A DNA stretch of 64,000 nucleotides from a virus (lineage: Duplodnaviria; Caudoviricetes): positions 4,344-68,343 of the IMG/VR virus record IMGVR_UViG_3300005985_000002; one strand, written 5' to 3'. Below are positions 18,790 through 28,825 of this stretch, piece after piece (positions within the stretch are counted from its first letter, which is position 1; each line of letters starts with the position of its first letter). The notes beneath the pieces are model-generated. The model did no database searches, had not been told where the DNA came from, and saw only the letters and a list, made by a program, of their open reading frames with translations. The position numbers and the translations under genes are program-made.

Positions 18790-19233
18790 ATGACGACTAT
18801 TCCGAACTTCGGCGACAAGGTCGGCTATGCCGCCGGCGCCGTTGAAACCTTCACCCCGCCCGGGATCATCCAGACCGGCAAAGGCCCGGAGGTTTTCCTC
18901 CAAGGCGTGCTTGTCGACCAGAATGCGGTTCTTCCGATCCGCTCAGTCGTCGGACGCATCACGTCCAGCGGCAAGCTGACTTTCTGTGATCCGTCCGCTT
19001 CGGACGGCTCGCAAGTTCCGGTCGGCATTACCAGCACCGAAGCGCCTGATGTCAGCGGCGACCAGACCATCACCATCATGAAGGATGGCTACTGGAACCC
19101 GGCGGCCCTCAACTACGACCAGACGACCGGCGGTTTCGCCTCGGTCGCCGCTCTTCAGATCGCTCTGGAGGCCCGGTGCCCTGGCCTGATCCTCAAGACG
19201 CCTGCGACCGGCACGCCGGGCGCGAACCCGTAA
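18790..19233 (+). CDS. head decoration protein (gpD-like)
   Basis: Between protease and capsid; DPSASDGSQVPVGI, GYWNPAAL. Confidence 0.8.
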   Translation: MTTIPNFGDKVGYAAGAVETFTPPGIIQTGKGPEVFLQGVLVDQNAVLPIRSVVGRITSSGKLTFCDPSASDGSQVPVGITSTEAPDVSGDQTITIMKDGYWNPAALNYDQTTGGFASVAALQIALEARCPGLILKTPATGTPGANP

Positions 19234-19295
19234 TCCGTTTGTCAGCTTAAACGCAACAAGCGGCCACGAACCCCCAAACCCACGGAGCAATTCCA

Positions 19296-20345
19296 ATGTT
19301 TGAGAGCTACAGCACGGAGACTCTGCTCCGTGTCATGGAAGACCCGAAAGCCTCTGCCAAGCAGAGCTTCTGGCTTCGCAACTTCTTCCCCCAGATCGTG
19401 ACCTTCACGACCGAAGACATCATCTTCTCCAAGCTGCCCGGCCGCAGGAAGATGGCGCCGTTCGTTCGTCCCCAGAACGTCGGCCAGCCGATGTATTCGC
19501 GCCTGGGTTCGGAAGTGCTGAGCTTCCGCCCGGCCTACATCAAGGCGAAAGACCCGGTGCGTCCCGGCGACTTCTTCCAGCGCGGCGTCGATGAGATCGG
19601 CCGCTCCGCTCCGAAGACGCCGCAGGAGCGCTTCGACGCCGAAGTGGCGCGCGTCAGCGCGTATCACCGCGACGGCATCGAGCTGTCCTGGGAGTGGCTC
19701 GCAGCGCGCGCGATTCTCGACGGCACCGTGACTGTCGTCTACGCGGACGGCGTTTCGGCTACGGTCGATTTCAAGCGCGACGCCGGCCATACCGTCGTCA
19801 AGTCGTCCGGCTATTGGGATTCCAGCTACGATGTCTATGCCGACGTCCAGCTCTGGGCGGATATCATGTCGGCGGCTCAGTTCGGCGGCATCCTCAACAA
19901 GATCATCATCGGCAAGGACGTTTTCACGGCCATCCGTGAGAACTCCAAGATCAAGTCGATGATGGACCTCAACACGAAGAACTCTTCGGCCGATCTCAAG
20001 CGGGGCCTTCTGCTTCAGACGAACCGCGAAGAGAATGTTCGGTTCTGGGGCATGCTGGACTTCGGCGTCGAAGTGTGGGTCTACGACGAATCCTTCGAGA
20101 ACAACGCGGGCTCTCCCGTCAAGTTCATGAACCCGAAGGACGTGCTGCTTGTGGGCGGCGATCCGGAAGGCGTGCGCTGCTATGGCGCCATCGTCGATCA
20201 GGACGCCCAGCTCCAGGCGCTTCCGATCTTCGCCAAGATGTGGCCTGAGAAGGACCCCTCTGCGACGCTCATCATGTCGCAGTCGGCCCCGCTCATGGTT
20301 CCGCAATCGCCGAACCGGACGTTCCGCGCGCGCGTTCTGGCGTAA
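19296..20345 (+). CDS. major capsid protein (gpE family)
   Basis: FWLRNFFP, MAPFVRP, FRPAYIKAK, MSQSAPLMVP. Confidence 0.92.
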   Translation: MFESYSTETLLRVMEDPKASAKQSFWLRNFFPQIVTFTTEDIIFSKLPGRRKMAPFVRPQNVGQPMYSRLGSEVLSFRPAYIKAKDPVRPGDFFQRGVDEIGRSAPKTPQERFDAEVARVSAYHRDGIELSWEWLAARAILDGTVTVVYADGVSATVDFKRDAGHTVVKSSGYWDSSYDVYADVQLWADIMSAAQFGGILNKIIIGKDVFTAIRENSKIKSMMDLNTKNSSADLKRGLLLQTNREENVRFWGMLDFGVEVWVYDESFENNAGSPVKFMNPKDVLLVGGDPEGVRCYGAIVDQDAQLQALPIFAKMWPEKDPSATLIMSQSAPLMVPQSPNRTFRARVLA

Positions 20346-20432
20346 GTCCTGCACTGACCGACGGACAAGGCGGCCTGCATCTGCGGGCCGCCGACCTCCG
20401 AACTCGCAACCGACAAACTGAGGGAAAAGTTC

Positions 20433-20762
20433 ATGTCGCTCGTTCAAATTGAAGCCCGCTTCGTCTGCGTCGCCAACGACCCGGAGAATAAAGGCAAGTC
20501 CATCACCGTGGCGCCCGGCCAGCGCGCCTGGGTCCTGGAGGCGGACGCAGAAGTCTTCATCAAGGCCGCAGCAGCGCGCCTGGTCGTTGAGGATGCCCTG
20601 GAGCCGGTCAACGGCAAGCCCAAGCGCCGGAAGGCCAGCCGGCTCGCCGGGCTGCAGCCCGATCCGAACTCGCCGGAAAACATGACGCCGCAATTTACCG
20701 CGGACAATGTCGGCGGTCCCGATAACGCGCCCAAATCGCGCGATGCGCTGGCGATGCTCTAA
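20433..20762 (+). CDS. hypothetical head-associated protein
   Basis: GAGGGA RBS; position after capsid. Confidence 0.6.
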   Translation: MSLVQIEARFVCVANDPENKGKSITVAPGQRAWVLEADAEVFIKAAAARLVVEDALEPVNGKPKRRKASRLAGLQPDPNSPENMTPQFTADNVGGPDNAPKSRDALAML

Positions 20763-21145
20763 TGGCGACATGGCGTGAGGCGAAAAAAGAGATGCGCCGC
20801 ACCGTGCATGACGCCATGCAGGTGCGGGCGCTCTACTTCGCCCACGCCCCGCCTCAGACCGGCGATGATGAGCCGCTGGATGTCAACGTTCGCATACATA
20901 CGGAGATGAAAGCGCTCGGAGACATCCAGGGCCAGTTCGGGGCGGAGCGCCAGGAGCAAATCCCGCGCATCGTGTTCGATCTGGTTGAAGTCCAGCCCAT
21001 GCGCGGCTGGATTGTGTCCGTCGAAGCCGGCGAGGCCTACCGCATCGACAATCTGCTTCCCCCCGACCTTGGCTATCAGACAGCCGAAGTCTCGCGCCTG
21101 TCAGCGGCGCAGTCCGCAGGCCTGCCCGTGCCGGAGGATGCGTGA
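20762..21145 (+). CDS. head-tail joining/closure protein
   Basis: Position; GWIVSVEAGEAYRIDNLLP as in gpFII-like proteins. Confidence 0.65.
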   Translation: MATWREAKKEMRRTVHDAMQVRALYFAHAPPQTGDDEPLDVNVRIHTEMKALGDIQGQFGAERQEQIPRIVFDLVEVQPMRGWIVSVEAGEAYRIDNLLPPDLGYQTAEVSRLSAAQSAGLPVPEDA

Positions 21146-21774
21146 TGGCGCAGGCCTATGGATTGGTGATCGCCGGGCTGGAGCAGCTTAAGGACATCGA
21201 GACGATCCCCGCGAGGATCGCGCTGGCGGCGCAACGCGCAGTCAACAAAACGCTGGACCGCGCGCGCGCCGGGGCCGCGCGCGAAGCAAGGCGCGAAGTG
21301 AATTTTCCGGCGCGCTATCTTTCCGGAGATCGCCTGCGCGTGGCCAAACGCGCATCCGGCCGCGACCTTGAAGGCATTGTGCGTGCGCGCACCCGGCCGA
21401 CGTCGCTTGCCCGCTTCGTCATTTCCGGCGGCCTCGGCCGCCGCGGCGGGGTTGCGGTCGCGGTGAAGCCCGGCGGCGCTCGCGCCATTCCGCGCGCCTT
21501 TCTTATAAAGCTGCGCGCGGGAACGGCCGCACTCGACACCAAGTCGAACCTGGGCCTGGCGATCCGCCTCAGGCCCGGCGAGACGCTGAAAAACAAGCGG
21601 GACAAGATCAGGCTCAGCCGCAATCTCTACCTCCTCTTTGGCCCGAGCGTGAGCCAGGTGCTCCTGCACGAAACCCAAGGCCGCCAGGCCGGGGTCTTCG
21701 TCGATATCGAGCCGGAGATCGCCGACTTCCTCGAACAGGAATTCCTCCGCCTCTTGGACCTTGATCATGTCTGA
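21145..21774 (+). CDS. minor tail/neck protein (gpZ-like)
   Basis: Basic; RAVNKTLDRAR, LFGPSVSQV. Confidence 0.7.
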   Translation: MAQAYGLVIAGLEQLKDIETIPARIALAAQRAVNKTLDRARAGAAREARREVNFPARYLSGDRLRVAKRASGRDLEGIVRARTRPTSLARFVISGGLGRRGGVAVAVKPGGARAIPRAFLIKLRAGTAALDTKSNLGLAIRLRPGETLKNKRDKIRLSRNLYLLFGPSVSQVLLHETQGRQAGVFVDIEPEIADFLEQEFLRLLDLDHV

Positions 21775-22261
21775 CCCGCTTCGCCTGCGCGTCTTGAAGG
21801 CGCTGACAACCTTGCTGGAAGGCGTCACGCCAACCAACGGCTATATGCATGACCTTGCCGGCAAAGTCTTCCGTGGCCGCACTATCTTCGGCCAGGACGA
21901 CGCTCTGCCGATGCTTGCGATTCTGGAGTCGCCGGTTGCCCCCGAGCAGCTTCCATCCCCGCCGAACAGCGGGTTGAGCAACGGCAATTGGGAGCTGCTG
22001 ATCCAGGGCTTTGTCGAAGACGACAAGGACAACCCGACCGACCCCGCGCACTTGCTCATGGCCGAAGTGAAAAAGCGGCTTGCGGTCATGAAGAAGACGA
22101 CCGGTCCCGGAACGGGACAGGACTTGCTTGGCATCGCCGAGATTTATGATTTCAGGATCGGGGCGGGCGTGGTGCGCCCGCCAGACGGCGAGATTTCGCC
22201 CACGGCCTATTTCTGGCTCAACGTGGTCGTCGTCCTCGCCGAAGACCTCTCGAACCCGTAG
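21767..22261 (+). CDS. tail terminator (gpU-like)
   Basis: Position before tail tube; VFRGRTIFG, PTDPAHLLMAEV. Confidence 0.65.
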   Translation: MSDPLRLRVLKALTTLLEGVTPTNGYMHDLAGKVFRGRTIFGQDDALPMLAILESPVAPEQLPSPPNSGLSNGNWELLIQGFVEDDKDNPTDPAHLLMAEVKKRLAVMKKTTGPGTGQDLLGIAEIYDFRIGAGVVRPPDGEISPTAYFWLNVVVVLAEDLSNP

Positions 22262-22396
22262 GGCGTTTGTCAGCTTAATGTAGACAAGCAACACACGCTT
22301 CGAGAGGATGCACCAAGCCGACCCGCCCCGGCGGGACACCACACGTGTGAGCTGTTTGTCAGCTTATACGCAACAACGCCAACAGGAGCTTTGACC

Positions 22397-23173
22397 ATGG
22401 CAGACAACCTGACGCTTGGCCGGGGCGAGATTCACTTCGCCCTGTTCAAGGATGCGATCTACACCCCGGCCGGGGAGCGCTATTTCGGCAATACCCCGGA
22501 ATTCTCCCTCACCATCGAAGAAGAGACGCTGGAGCACTTCTCCTCGGATCGCGGCATCCGCGAGAAGGACGACTCGATCTCTCTGGAGACGACCCGCACC
22601 GGCCAGCTCGTGACCGACAACATCTCGGTCGAGAACGTTGCGCTGTTCTTCTTCGGCGCGGCCTCGGTCGTGGCCGACGCCGGCGCCACTGTGCTGGACG
22701 AGCAGCATGTCGACGTCCAGAAGGGCTACACCTACCAGCTCGGCATCTCTTCGACCCGCCCGACCGGCGCCAAGTCCGTGGCGTCAGTGACGGTTCGGTC
22801 TGCGGCGACCGGCGGCACGCTCTATGTCGCCAATACCGACTACACGCTCGATGCCGAGCGGGGCCGGATCACGATCCTGACGACCGGCAGCATCGCTGAA
22901 GGCGCGGACATCTTCGTCGACTACACGATCCAGGCGAAATCGTTCAAGCGCGTCATCTCGGGCTCCTCGCCCGTGGAAGGCGCGATGCGCTTCCTCGCCA
23001 AGAACCCGAAGGGCGAGAACCACGACTTCTACTTCCCGCGCGTTCAAATCAAGCCGAATGGCGATTATGCGCTCAAAGGCGAAGACTGGCAGCAAATCCC
23101 CTTCACGATCGACATCCTGAAGCGGACGGATCGCGAAGCGATCTACCGCGACGGCCTGCCGTACACGCCGTAA
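22397..23173 (+). CDS. major tail tube protein
   Basis: LGRGEIHF, YFGNTPEF, PNGDYALKGEDWQQIPF; AGGAG RBS. Confidence 0.85.
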   Translation: MADNLTLGRGEIHFALFKDAIYTPAGERYFGNTPEFSLTIEEETLEHFSSDRGIREKDDSISLETTRTGQLVTDNISVENVALFFFGAASVVADAGATVLDEQHVDVQKGYTYQLGISSTRPTGAKSVASVTVRSAATGGTLYVANTDYTLDAERGRITILTTGSIAEGADIFVDYTIQAKSFKRVISGSSPVEGAMRFLAKNPKGENHDFYFPRVQIKPNGDYALKGEDWQQIPFTIDILKRTDREAIYRDGLPYTP

Positions 23174-23179
23174 GGAGCG

Positions 23180-23644
23180 ATGCAGATGGGTCAGTTGACC
23201 GCTCTTGGTTTTCCGACCGTCGAAGCCCAGGTCCCTGGAGGCGTCCTTCGCCTCCGGGGGCTCTCGCTCGACGACGTGATGCGCCTCGCCCGCACCTATA
23301 CGAAAACCTTGCCAGTGTTGTTCGCGAAATTCGTCAGCGAGGAAACTCCTGACCTCGACGACCTGGGGGCGATTGCAGCGCTTCTTGCGGAGACCGCGCC
23401 GGAGGTCGCCGCTGATATCATTGCGATGGCGGCCGACGATCCTGGCGCCTCGAATGTCGCAAAGCGTCTCCCGTTCCCTGTCCAAGTCGATCTGCTCGAC
23501 AAGATCGGGAGCGTGACTTTCACGTCCGAGCTGCCGCCAAAAAAGCTCGGGGAGTTGGTGCTCAGGATGGTGGCGGGTCTGAGTCGTCTCACACGGGACC
23601 TCCAGCCTTCTCCGAGTGGCTTGGAGGGTACCGCCGGCAAGTGA
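23180..23644 (+). CDS. tail assembly chaperone G
   Basis: Between tube and tape measure; contains A AAA AAG slippery site. Confidence 0.8.
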   Translation: MQMGQLTALGFPTVEAQVPGGVLRLRGLSLDDVMRLARTYTKTLPVLFAKFVSEETPDLDDLGAIAALLAETAPEVAADIIAMAADDPGASNVAKRLPFPVQVDLLDKIGSVTFTSELPPKKLGELVLRMVAGLSRLTRDLQPSPSGLEGTAGK

Positions 23645-23856
23645 GTCTGTTGCGGTCGCAAGGCCATCAACAGGCTCTGAACTATCCGCTCGGCGCTGTG
23701 GTCGACGAAGCGCGGATGATTGTCGAACGCATCGACAACCAGATCGCGACCGAGGCGATCCTTAACCGTCAGGCGATCCATTCGCTGTTCTCGCCGAAGG
23801 CCAACAAGGCGTTCGAGAAGGACATCAAGAGGCTGATCGACAATGGCAAAGCGTGA
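23539..23856 (+). other. -1 programmed frameshift giving G-T chaperone
   Basis: A-AAA-AAG at 23539-45; the -1 frame is open through the 23641..23856 ORF. Confidence 0.75.
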
Positions 23857-26800
23857 TGTCGATCTGGTAATCCGCGCCAAGGATCAGGCGCTGAAGGTGA
23901 TCGAAGGGATTGCCGGAGCGCTTGACCAGCTCCAGGCGTCCCAGGACGGCGTGTCGAAATCGGCCGAGCGGGCGGATGGCCTGCTCGGCCAGCTCGGCGA
24001 TCAGTTCAAGACTCTGCAGGCCTCGCTGCAGGGCCTCAAGGGCCTGGCTCAGATCGCCAGCCAGATCGAGCGCGCCAGCGCGGCTGTGACGCGGATCGAG
24101 AGCCAGTTTGAGCGCGCCAGCGATCAATCGCGCGAGCTTAAGACGCGCACCGAAGAAGCCGCCGCCACATTGGCGAGGCTCGGCGAAGCCGCGAGGTCGG
24201 CCGAGGCCTCGTTCAAGGGCCAGGTCGACAGCCTGGCCGAATCTCGCCGCGAGCTGGCCGCGCAGAACGACCGGATCAAGCTTCTTGTCGCGCGCTATCG
24301 CGAGCTTCGCGAAGAGATTCCCAAAGGCACGCAGGCCAACGAGCAGCAGCTCGCACAGTTCCGCCAGCTCGACGGTCAGATGGCGCAAGCGACCGCGCGC
24401 CGGCAGGCGCTGGTCGAAGTCATCGAGCGCGGCGTTGCGGCAACCACGCGCGAGAAGGCGCAGTTGCAGGCGGCCAATATCGCTCTGCGCGAGGCCTCCG
24501 CGCACCACCGCAATCTTGCCGTAGCCTCGGAAGAGAATGCGGCCAGCCTCAAAGAGATGGCGGAAGAGCTGGAGCGCGCGAAGCGGGAGCTGGCCGACAT
24601 CCAATCTGTCGCCGACCGGGCCTCGCGCGCGCTTGGCGGTGTGGAAGCGCGGAACGAAGCCGTCGCAGAAGCCTCGCGCCGCGCCGCCGAAGACCTGCAG
24701 CGCGTCGCCGAGGCGATCAAGCGGGCGCAAGCGACGACAACGCAGCCGCAAGCTGTGACGCCGGTCACAGATCGTCGCAGCGCGCTTGCCGCGCTCAATG
24801 CCGAGGCGCAGAAGCTCCGCGAGCTTGACGAGGCGCGCAAGGCATCCATCGCCACGGTGGGACGGCTGTCGGCCGAGCTGAAAGCGGCGGTCCAGCCCTC
24901 GCAGCAATTAGAGACCGCGCTGCTCCTCGCCCGCAACGCCGCCCGTGAGAGCACGGCGGCTTTCGAGCAGCAAAAGCGCGTCGCGCTGGACATGGCCAAC
25001 GGCATCAAGGCGGCCAAGGCTGTGGCGGCCGGCTTCGCCCCGGTTTTCCACCAGCTTGCCGCCGAGCAGGCCCAAGCCGCCGCAACCGCCCAGCTCGCCG
25101 GCAACGCCTTCCAGGGCTTCCTCCGGCGCCTTCTAGGCATCAAGGAAGAAGCCAATGCGGATGCCGCCGCGCTGGATCGGCTGGATGGCGCCGCGCGCCG
25201 CGCCGCGGCCGGCGTCGGCACCTGGGGCGAGCACACGCGCCGGGCGCTATCGCTTGGCCAACGTCTGCGCGGTGAAGTGCTGGCCCTGGCTGCAAGCTAT
25301 GTCGGTCTTTTCAATGCGATCAACCAGGCGGGCAGCGTGGTTACCGCCTTCCGCACCCTGGAAGCGGCGACCAGCCGGCTCGGCGTTGTGTTCCAGCAGG
25401 ATGTGGGCCGGGTCAAGAACGAGCTGCGCTTCATCGCCGACAATGCCGACAGGCTGGGCCTCAGCTTCGCAGTTCTGGCGGATGAGTATTCCAAGTTCGC
25501 GGTTGCGGCCGACGCCGCCAATTTTCCGCTGGAAGATCAGCGTCGCTTGTTCCTGGCGATTGCGGAGTCGGCTCGGGTCAACAAGGTCAGCCTTGAGAAT
25601 CTCCAAGGCATCTATCTTGCGTTCACCCAGATTCTCTCCAAGGGCAAGGTCGCCTCCGAAGAGCTGCGCCGCCAGCTCGGCGACCGTATGGCGGGCGCGT
25701 TCAATCTCTTCGCAGAGGCCATCGGCGTCACCGCGGCCGAACTCGACGATATGCTGCGCAAGGGCGAGGTCATCGCCGACCGCGACACCCTGATCAAGTT
25801 CGCTGAGCGGCTGGAGAAGGGCTTCGGCCCGCAGCTTGCTTCGGCGCTGCAGACCACGACGACCCAGCTCGACCGCTTCAACAACAACATCTTCCAGTCG
25901 CAGCTCCTTATCGCCAAGGGCGGCTTCATCGAAGCGCTGACCGACGTGGTGAAGCAGCTCAACAAGCAATTTGAATCGGCTGAAGGCAAGCAGTTCTTCC
26001 TCGGCGTCGGCGCCGCGCTCGGCAATGTGGTGAGGCTGCTCGGCGTCTTCGTCCTCAATCTCGACAAGATCATCCTGGCGGCCAAGGTCGCCGCCGCCAT
26101 CGTCATCGCCCGCTTCCTGGTGGAGACCGCAACGCGGCTCTCCAAGGTCAACAATCTGTCGAGCGAGACCATCGTCCGCATCAACACCATGACGCGGTCG
26201 TGGAAGGACTTCGGCAAGGCCATCGATATTTCGAACGTGTTCCGCCTGGTCTCGACCTTCGCCCAGACCGTGCGGCAGATGGACGTCTTCAACCAGAAGC
26301 TGACGGTCAACATCGCGCTTCAGCGCCTGTCGGCGACCACGCTTGGCGTGATGCGTGTCGGCCTCACCGCGCTTGCGACCGCAGCGCGCGCAGCCTGGAT
26401 TGCGATTGGCGGCTTTCCTGGCGCTATTCTTACCCTTGCCACGTTCGCGATCACCGAGCTGTTCCTTGCCATTACCACGGGCGCGCCGCCCGCCACAAAG
26501 GTTCTGGAAGAGCACGAGCGTCAGCTTCAGGATTTGCGCGAGGCCTATCAAGACGCCAAGCGTGCAGGCAAAGAGTTCAATGCCGAACTCGCCAAGACGA
26601 CGGCGCTCGAAGCGATCCGGAGTTTCGATGATCTGACCAAGCAGGTCGCCAAGGCGCGTCAGGAGTTCGATGATTTCATCGTTGACGCCTCAAGCGGGAT
26701 CAGCGCCAAGCCCCAAGATCGCGGCCTTGTCGAGCAGCTCAAGATTCTCTCCTTCCAACTGATCGATGGGTCGATCTCGGCGGGAAAATTTCGCCAGGAC

Positions 26801-28822
26801 ATCAGCAAGATTTTCGAGGACAACGACGACCAGGCTTTGCGCGACTTTATCGTTAAGTTGGACGAGCAAGCCAAGAAGATCGAGATGGTTGAAGTCGCCC
26901 AAGGCGAATCCGCCGCGGCGCTGAAACTGCTGCGTCCGGAGTACGAGGGGCTTAACGAAATCCTCGACCGCACGGGCGTCAGCATGTCGGTCGTCACTGG
27001 CGAGATCGACGAGGCCGCCGGCGCGATGCGCGAGGGCGCGAAGGACGCCAACGCCTACGCGGAAGCCCTCAAGCGGTTGACGCCGGAAGAGACCGACGCG
27101 GATCGCGTCGTTCGCGAGATCAATGAAGTCAACAAGGCCTTCGACGTCGCTGTCAAGAACGCGCAGACTCTCAGCCCAGGCCTGGCCGGATTCCTGGAAG
27201 CCTCGCGCCGCACGACCATTCAGCAGATCAAGGATTCCTCGGATGCATCCAAGGAGCTGCTGCGGCGTGAGAAAGAGCTTGCCGACGAGGCCGAGCGCCG
27301 CCGCAAGGCCATCGCGGACGCCAAGAAAGACCTGCAGTTCGAGATCGCCCAGAGCCAGCGCTCCAAGCGCGAGCAGGCGGTCGCCGAAGCCCTCAACGAT
27401 CAGAGCTTCAGCCCGGCGGACATTGACAAGAACAAGGACGCAGCGGAGATCGCGCGCCTCGCCGGCAAGAAATTCGACCTCGAAGTCGAGAAGCGCTCGC
27501 AGAAAGCCATTGCGGACGTGGAAGCGAAAATCCGCGAGGCGCGCGACATTCCGTTGGAGCGGGACCAGTTCGTCCAGCTCGAATTGGCTAAGCTGGAGCT
27601 GAATGATGCATCCGAAGAGCAGCTCCAGAAACTCCGCGAGCAGCTTGGCCTGCTGTTTGATGTCGAGCAGCAGCAGCGCCGTCTCAAGGAGCTGCTGGAG
27701 CAAGCCCGCCAGCTCGATCAGGACCGCATCGCGCTCTCCCGCGAGCTGAAGGAAGCCATCGCTTCCGGCGATCCCGAGGCCGCCGGCTTGCAGCAGGAGC
27801 TGGCGCGGGTCACCGCCGAGCTTGAAAAGGCCAAGAGCGAAGCGCTGGACTTCGCGATCCTGCTCGGCGATGACAAGGCGATCACCCAGCTCGGCCGCAT
27901 CGGCGCCAAAGTGACGGAAGTCAAGAGCGCCATCATCGACGCTCGCGAGGTCAATCGCGATCTTGCCCGCGTCTTCGGCGACTCGGCGGTTGAATCCGGC
28001 AAGCTGATCGGCCAGTGGCTGGACGGCACCAGGAAGTTCGGCGAAGGCCTCTCGGACCTGCGCGACTCGTTCCTGCAATTCGTGGCCGACTTCCTGCTTG
28101 GCCTGTCGCGCATGATCGCCCAGCAGCTCATCCTCAACGCCATCAGCGGCCAAGGCAATGGCGGCGGCGTGGGGGGCTTTCTCGCAAACATCTTCAACCG
28201 CAGGGATGAAAAGACCGGCGATGCCGAAGCGCCGGCCTCGAAAGCGGTCGCCAGCCTGGGCAAGGCGGCGGAGGGCGCAGCCGTCAGCGTGGGCCAAGAC
28301 CTCGCGCAAGGCGCAGCCGAGGCTGCGCTCAAGACCGGCATCGAGGCCGGCGCCAGCGCCAGCCAGACCGCGACGACGATTACCCTGACGCAAGCCCTGG
28401 TGGCGTTGCAGACAGCCGCCGCTGCGGCAGCGGCAGCCCTTTCCAGTCTCGCCACGCAGAACGTCGTCGCCGCCGTGGCGCATAGCGGCGGGGTGATAGG
28501 CAGGGTCGGGTTGAAGCGCCAGATCGCGCCGGCCTGGTTCTCGAACGCGATCCGGTATCACTCCGGCGGCATCGCCGGTCTTGCCCCTGGCGAGGTTCCT
28601 GCAATTCTGAGGCGCGGAGAGGAAGTTCTGACCGAAGATGATCCGCGTCACTTGTTCAACGGAGCGGGCGCGCAGCCCGCAGGCCAGACTGCGCTGAAGA
28701 TCATCAACGCTTTCGATGCCGGCGACATGCTGAGCCAGGCCTTGTCGACCCAGGTCGGCGAGAAAGCGTTCCTCAATTTCGTGCGCAAGAACCCCGGCGC
28801 CGTGCGCCGGGCGATGGAGTAA
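23843..28822 (+). CDS. tape measure protein (1659 aa)
   Basis: Long Ala-rich helical protein; QILSKGKVASEELRRQLGDR tape-measure motif; HSGG/YHSGG C-terminus. Confidence 0.93.
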   Translation: MAKRDVDLVIRAKDQALKVIEGIAGALDQLQASQDGVSKSAERADGLLGQLGDQFKTLQASLQGLKGLAQIASQIERASAAVTRIESQFERASDQSRELKTRTEEAAATLARLGEAARSAEASFKGQVDSLAESRRELAAQNDRIKLLVARYRELREEIPKGTQANEQQLAQFRQLDGQMAQATARRQALVEVIERGVAATTREKAQLQAANIALREASAHHRNLAVASEENAASLKEMAEELERAKRELADIQSVADRASRALGGVEARNEAVAEASRRAAEDLQRVAEAIKRAQATTTQPQAVTPVTDRRSALAALNAEAQKLRELDEARKASIATVGRLSAELKAAVQPSQQLETALLLARNAARESTAAFEQQKRVALDMANGIKAAKAVAAGFAPVFHQLAAEQAQAAATAQLAGNAFQGFLRRLLGIKEEANADAAALDRLDGAARRAAAGVGTWGEHTRRALSLGQRLRGEVLALAASYVGLFNAINQAGSVVTAFRTLEAATSRLGVVFQQDVGRVKNELRFIADNADRLGLSFAVLADEYSKFAVAADAANFPLEDQRRLFLAIAESARVNKVSLENLQGIYLAFTQILSKGKVASEELRRQLGDRMAGAFNLFAEAIGVTAAELDDMLRKGEVIADRDTLIKFAERLEKGFGPQLASALQTTTTQLDRFNNNIFQSQLLIAKGGFIEALTDVVKQLNKQFESAEGKQFFLGVGAALGNVVRLLGVFVLNLDKIILAAKVAAAIVIARFLVETATRLSKVNNLSSETIVRINTMTRSWKDFGKAIDISNVFRLVSTFAQTVRQMDVFNQKLTVNIALQRLSATTLGVMRVGLTALATAARAAWIAIGGFPGAILTLATFAITELFLAITTGAPPATKVLEEHERQLQDLREAYQDAKRAGKEFNAELAKTTALEAIRSFDDLTKQVAKARQEFDDFIVDASSGISAKPQDRGLVEQLKILSFQLIDGSISAGKFRQDISKIFEDNDDQALRDFIVKLDEQAKKIEMVEVAQGESAAALKLLRPEYEGLNEILDRTGVSMSVVTGEIDEAAGAMREGAKDANAYAEALKRLTPEETDADRVVREINEVNKAFDVAVKNAQTLSPGLAGFLEASRRTTIQQIKDSSDASKELLRREKELADEAERRRKAIADAKKDLQFEIAQSQRSKREQAVAEALNDQSFSPADIDKNKDAAEIARLAGKKFDLEVEKRSQKAIADVEAKIREARDIPLERDQFVQLELAKLELNDASEEQLQKLREQLGLLFDVEQQQRRLKELLEQARQLDQDRIALSRELKEAIASGDPEAAGLQQELARVTAELEKAKSEALDFAILLGDDKAITQLGRIGAKVTEVKSAIIDAREVNRDLARVFGDSAVESGKLIGQWLDGTRKFGEGLSDLRDSFLQFVADFLLGLSRMIAQQLILNAISGQGNGGGVGGFLANIFNRRDEKTGDAEAPASKAVASLGKAAEGAAVSVGQDLAQGAAEAALKTGIEAGASASQTATTITLTQALVALQTAAAAAAAALSSLATQNVVAAVAHSGGVIGRVGLKRQIAPAWFSNAIRYHSGGIAGLAPGEVPAILRRGEEVLTEDDPRHLFNGAGAQPAGQTALKIINAFDAGDMLSQALSTQVGEKAFLNFVRKNPGAVRRAME

Positions 28823-28825
28823 GCT

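Noticed and set aside
19239-19259. 21-bp motif as a sigma54 promoter or CtrA box
   Set aside because: The TG-CA...GCA spacing matches -24/-12, but the invariant GG is GT and TTGC is ACGC; there is no TTAA-N7-TTAA; at 53397 the ATG would lie upstream of the predicted start site.
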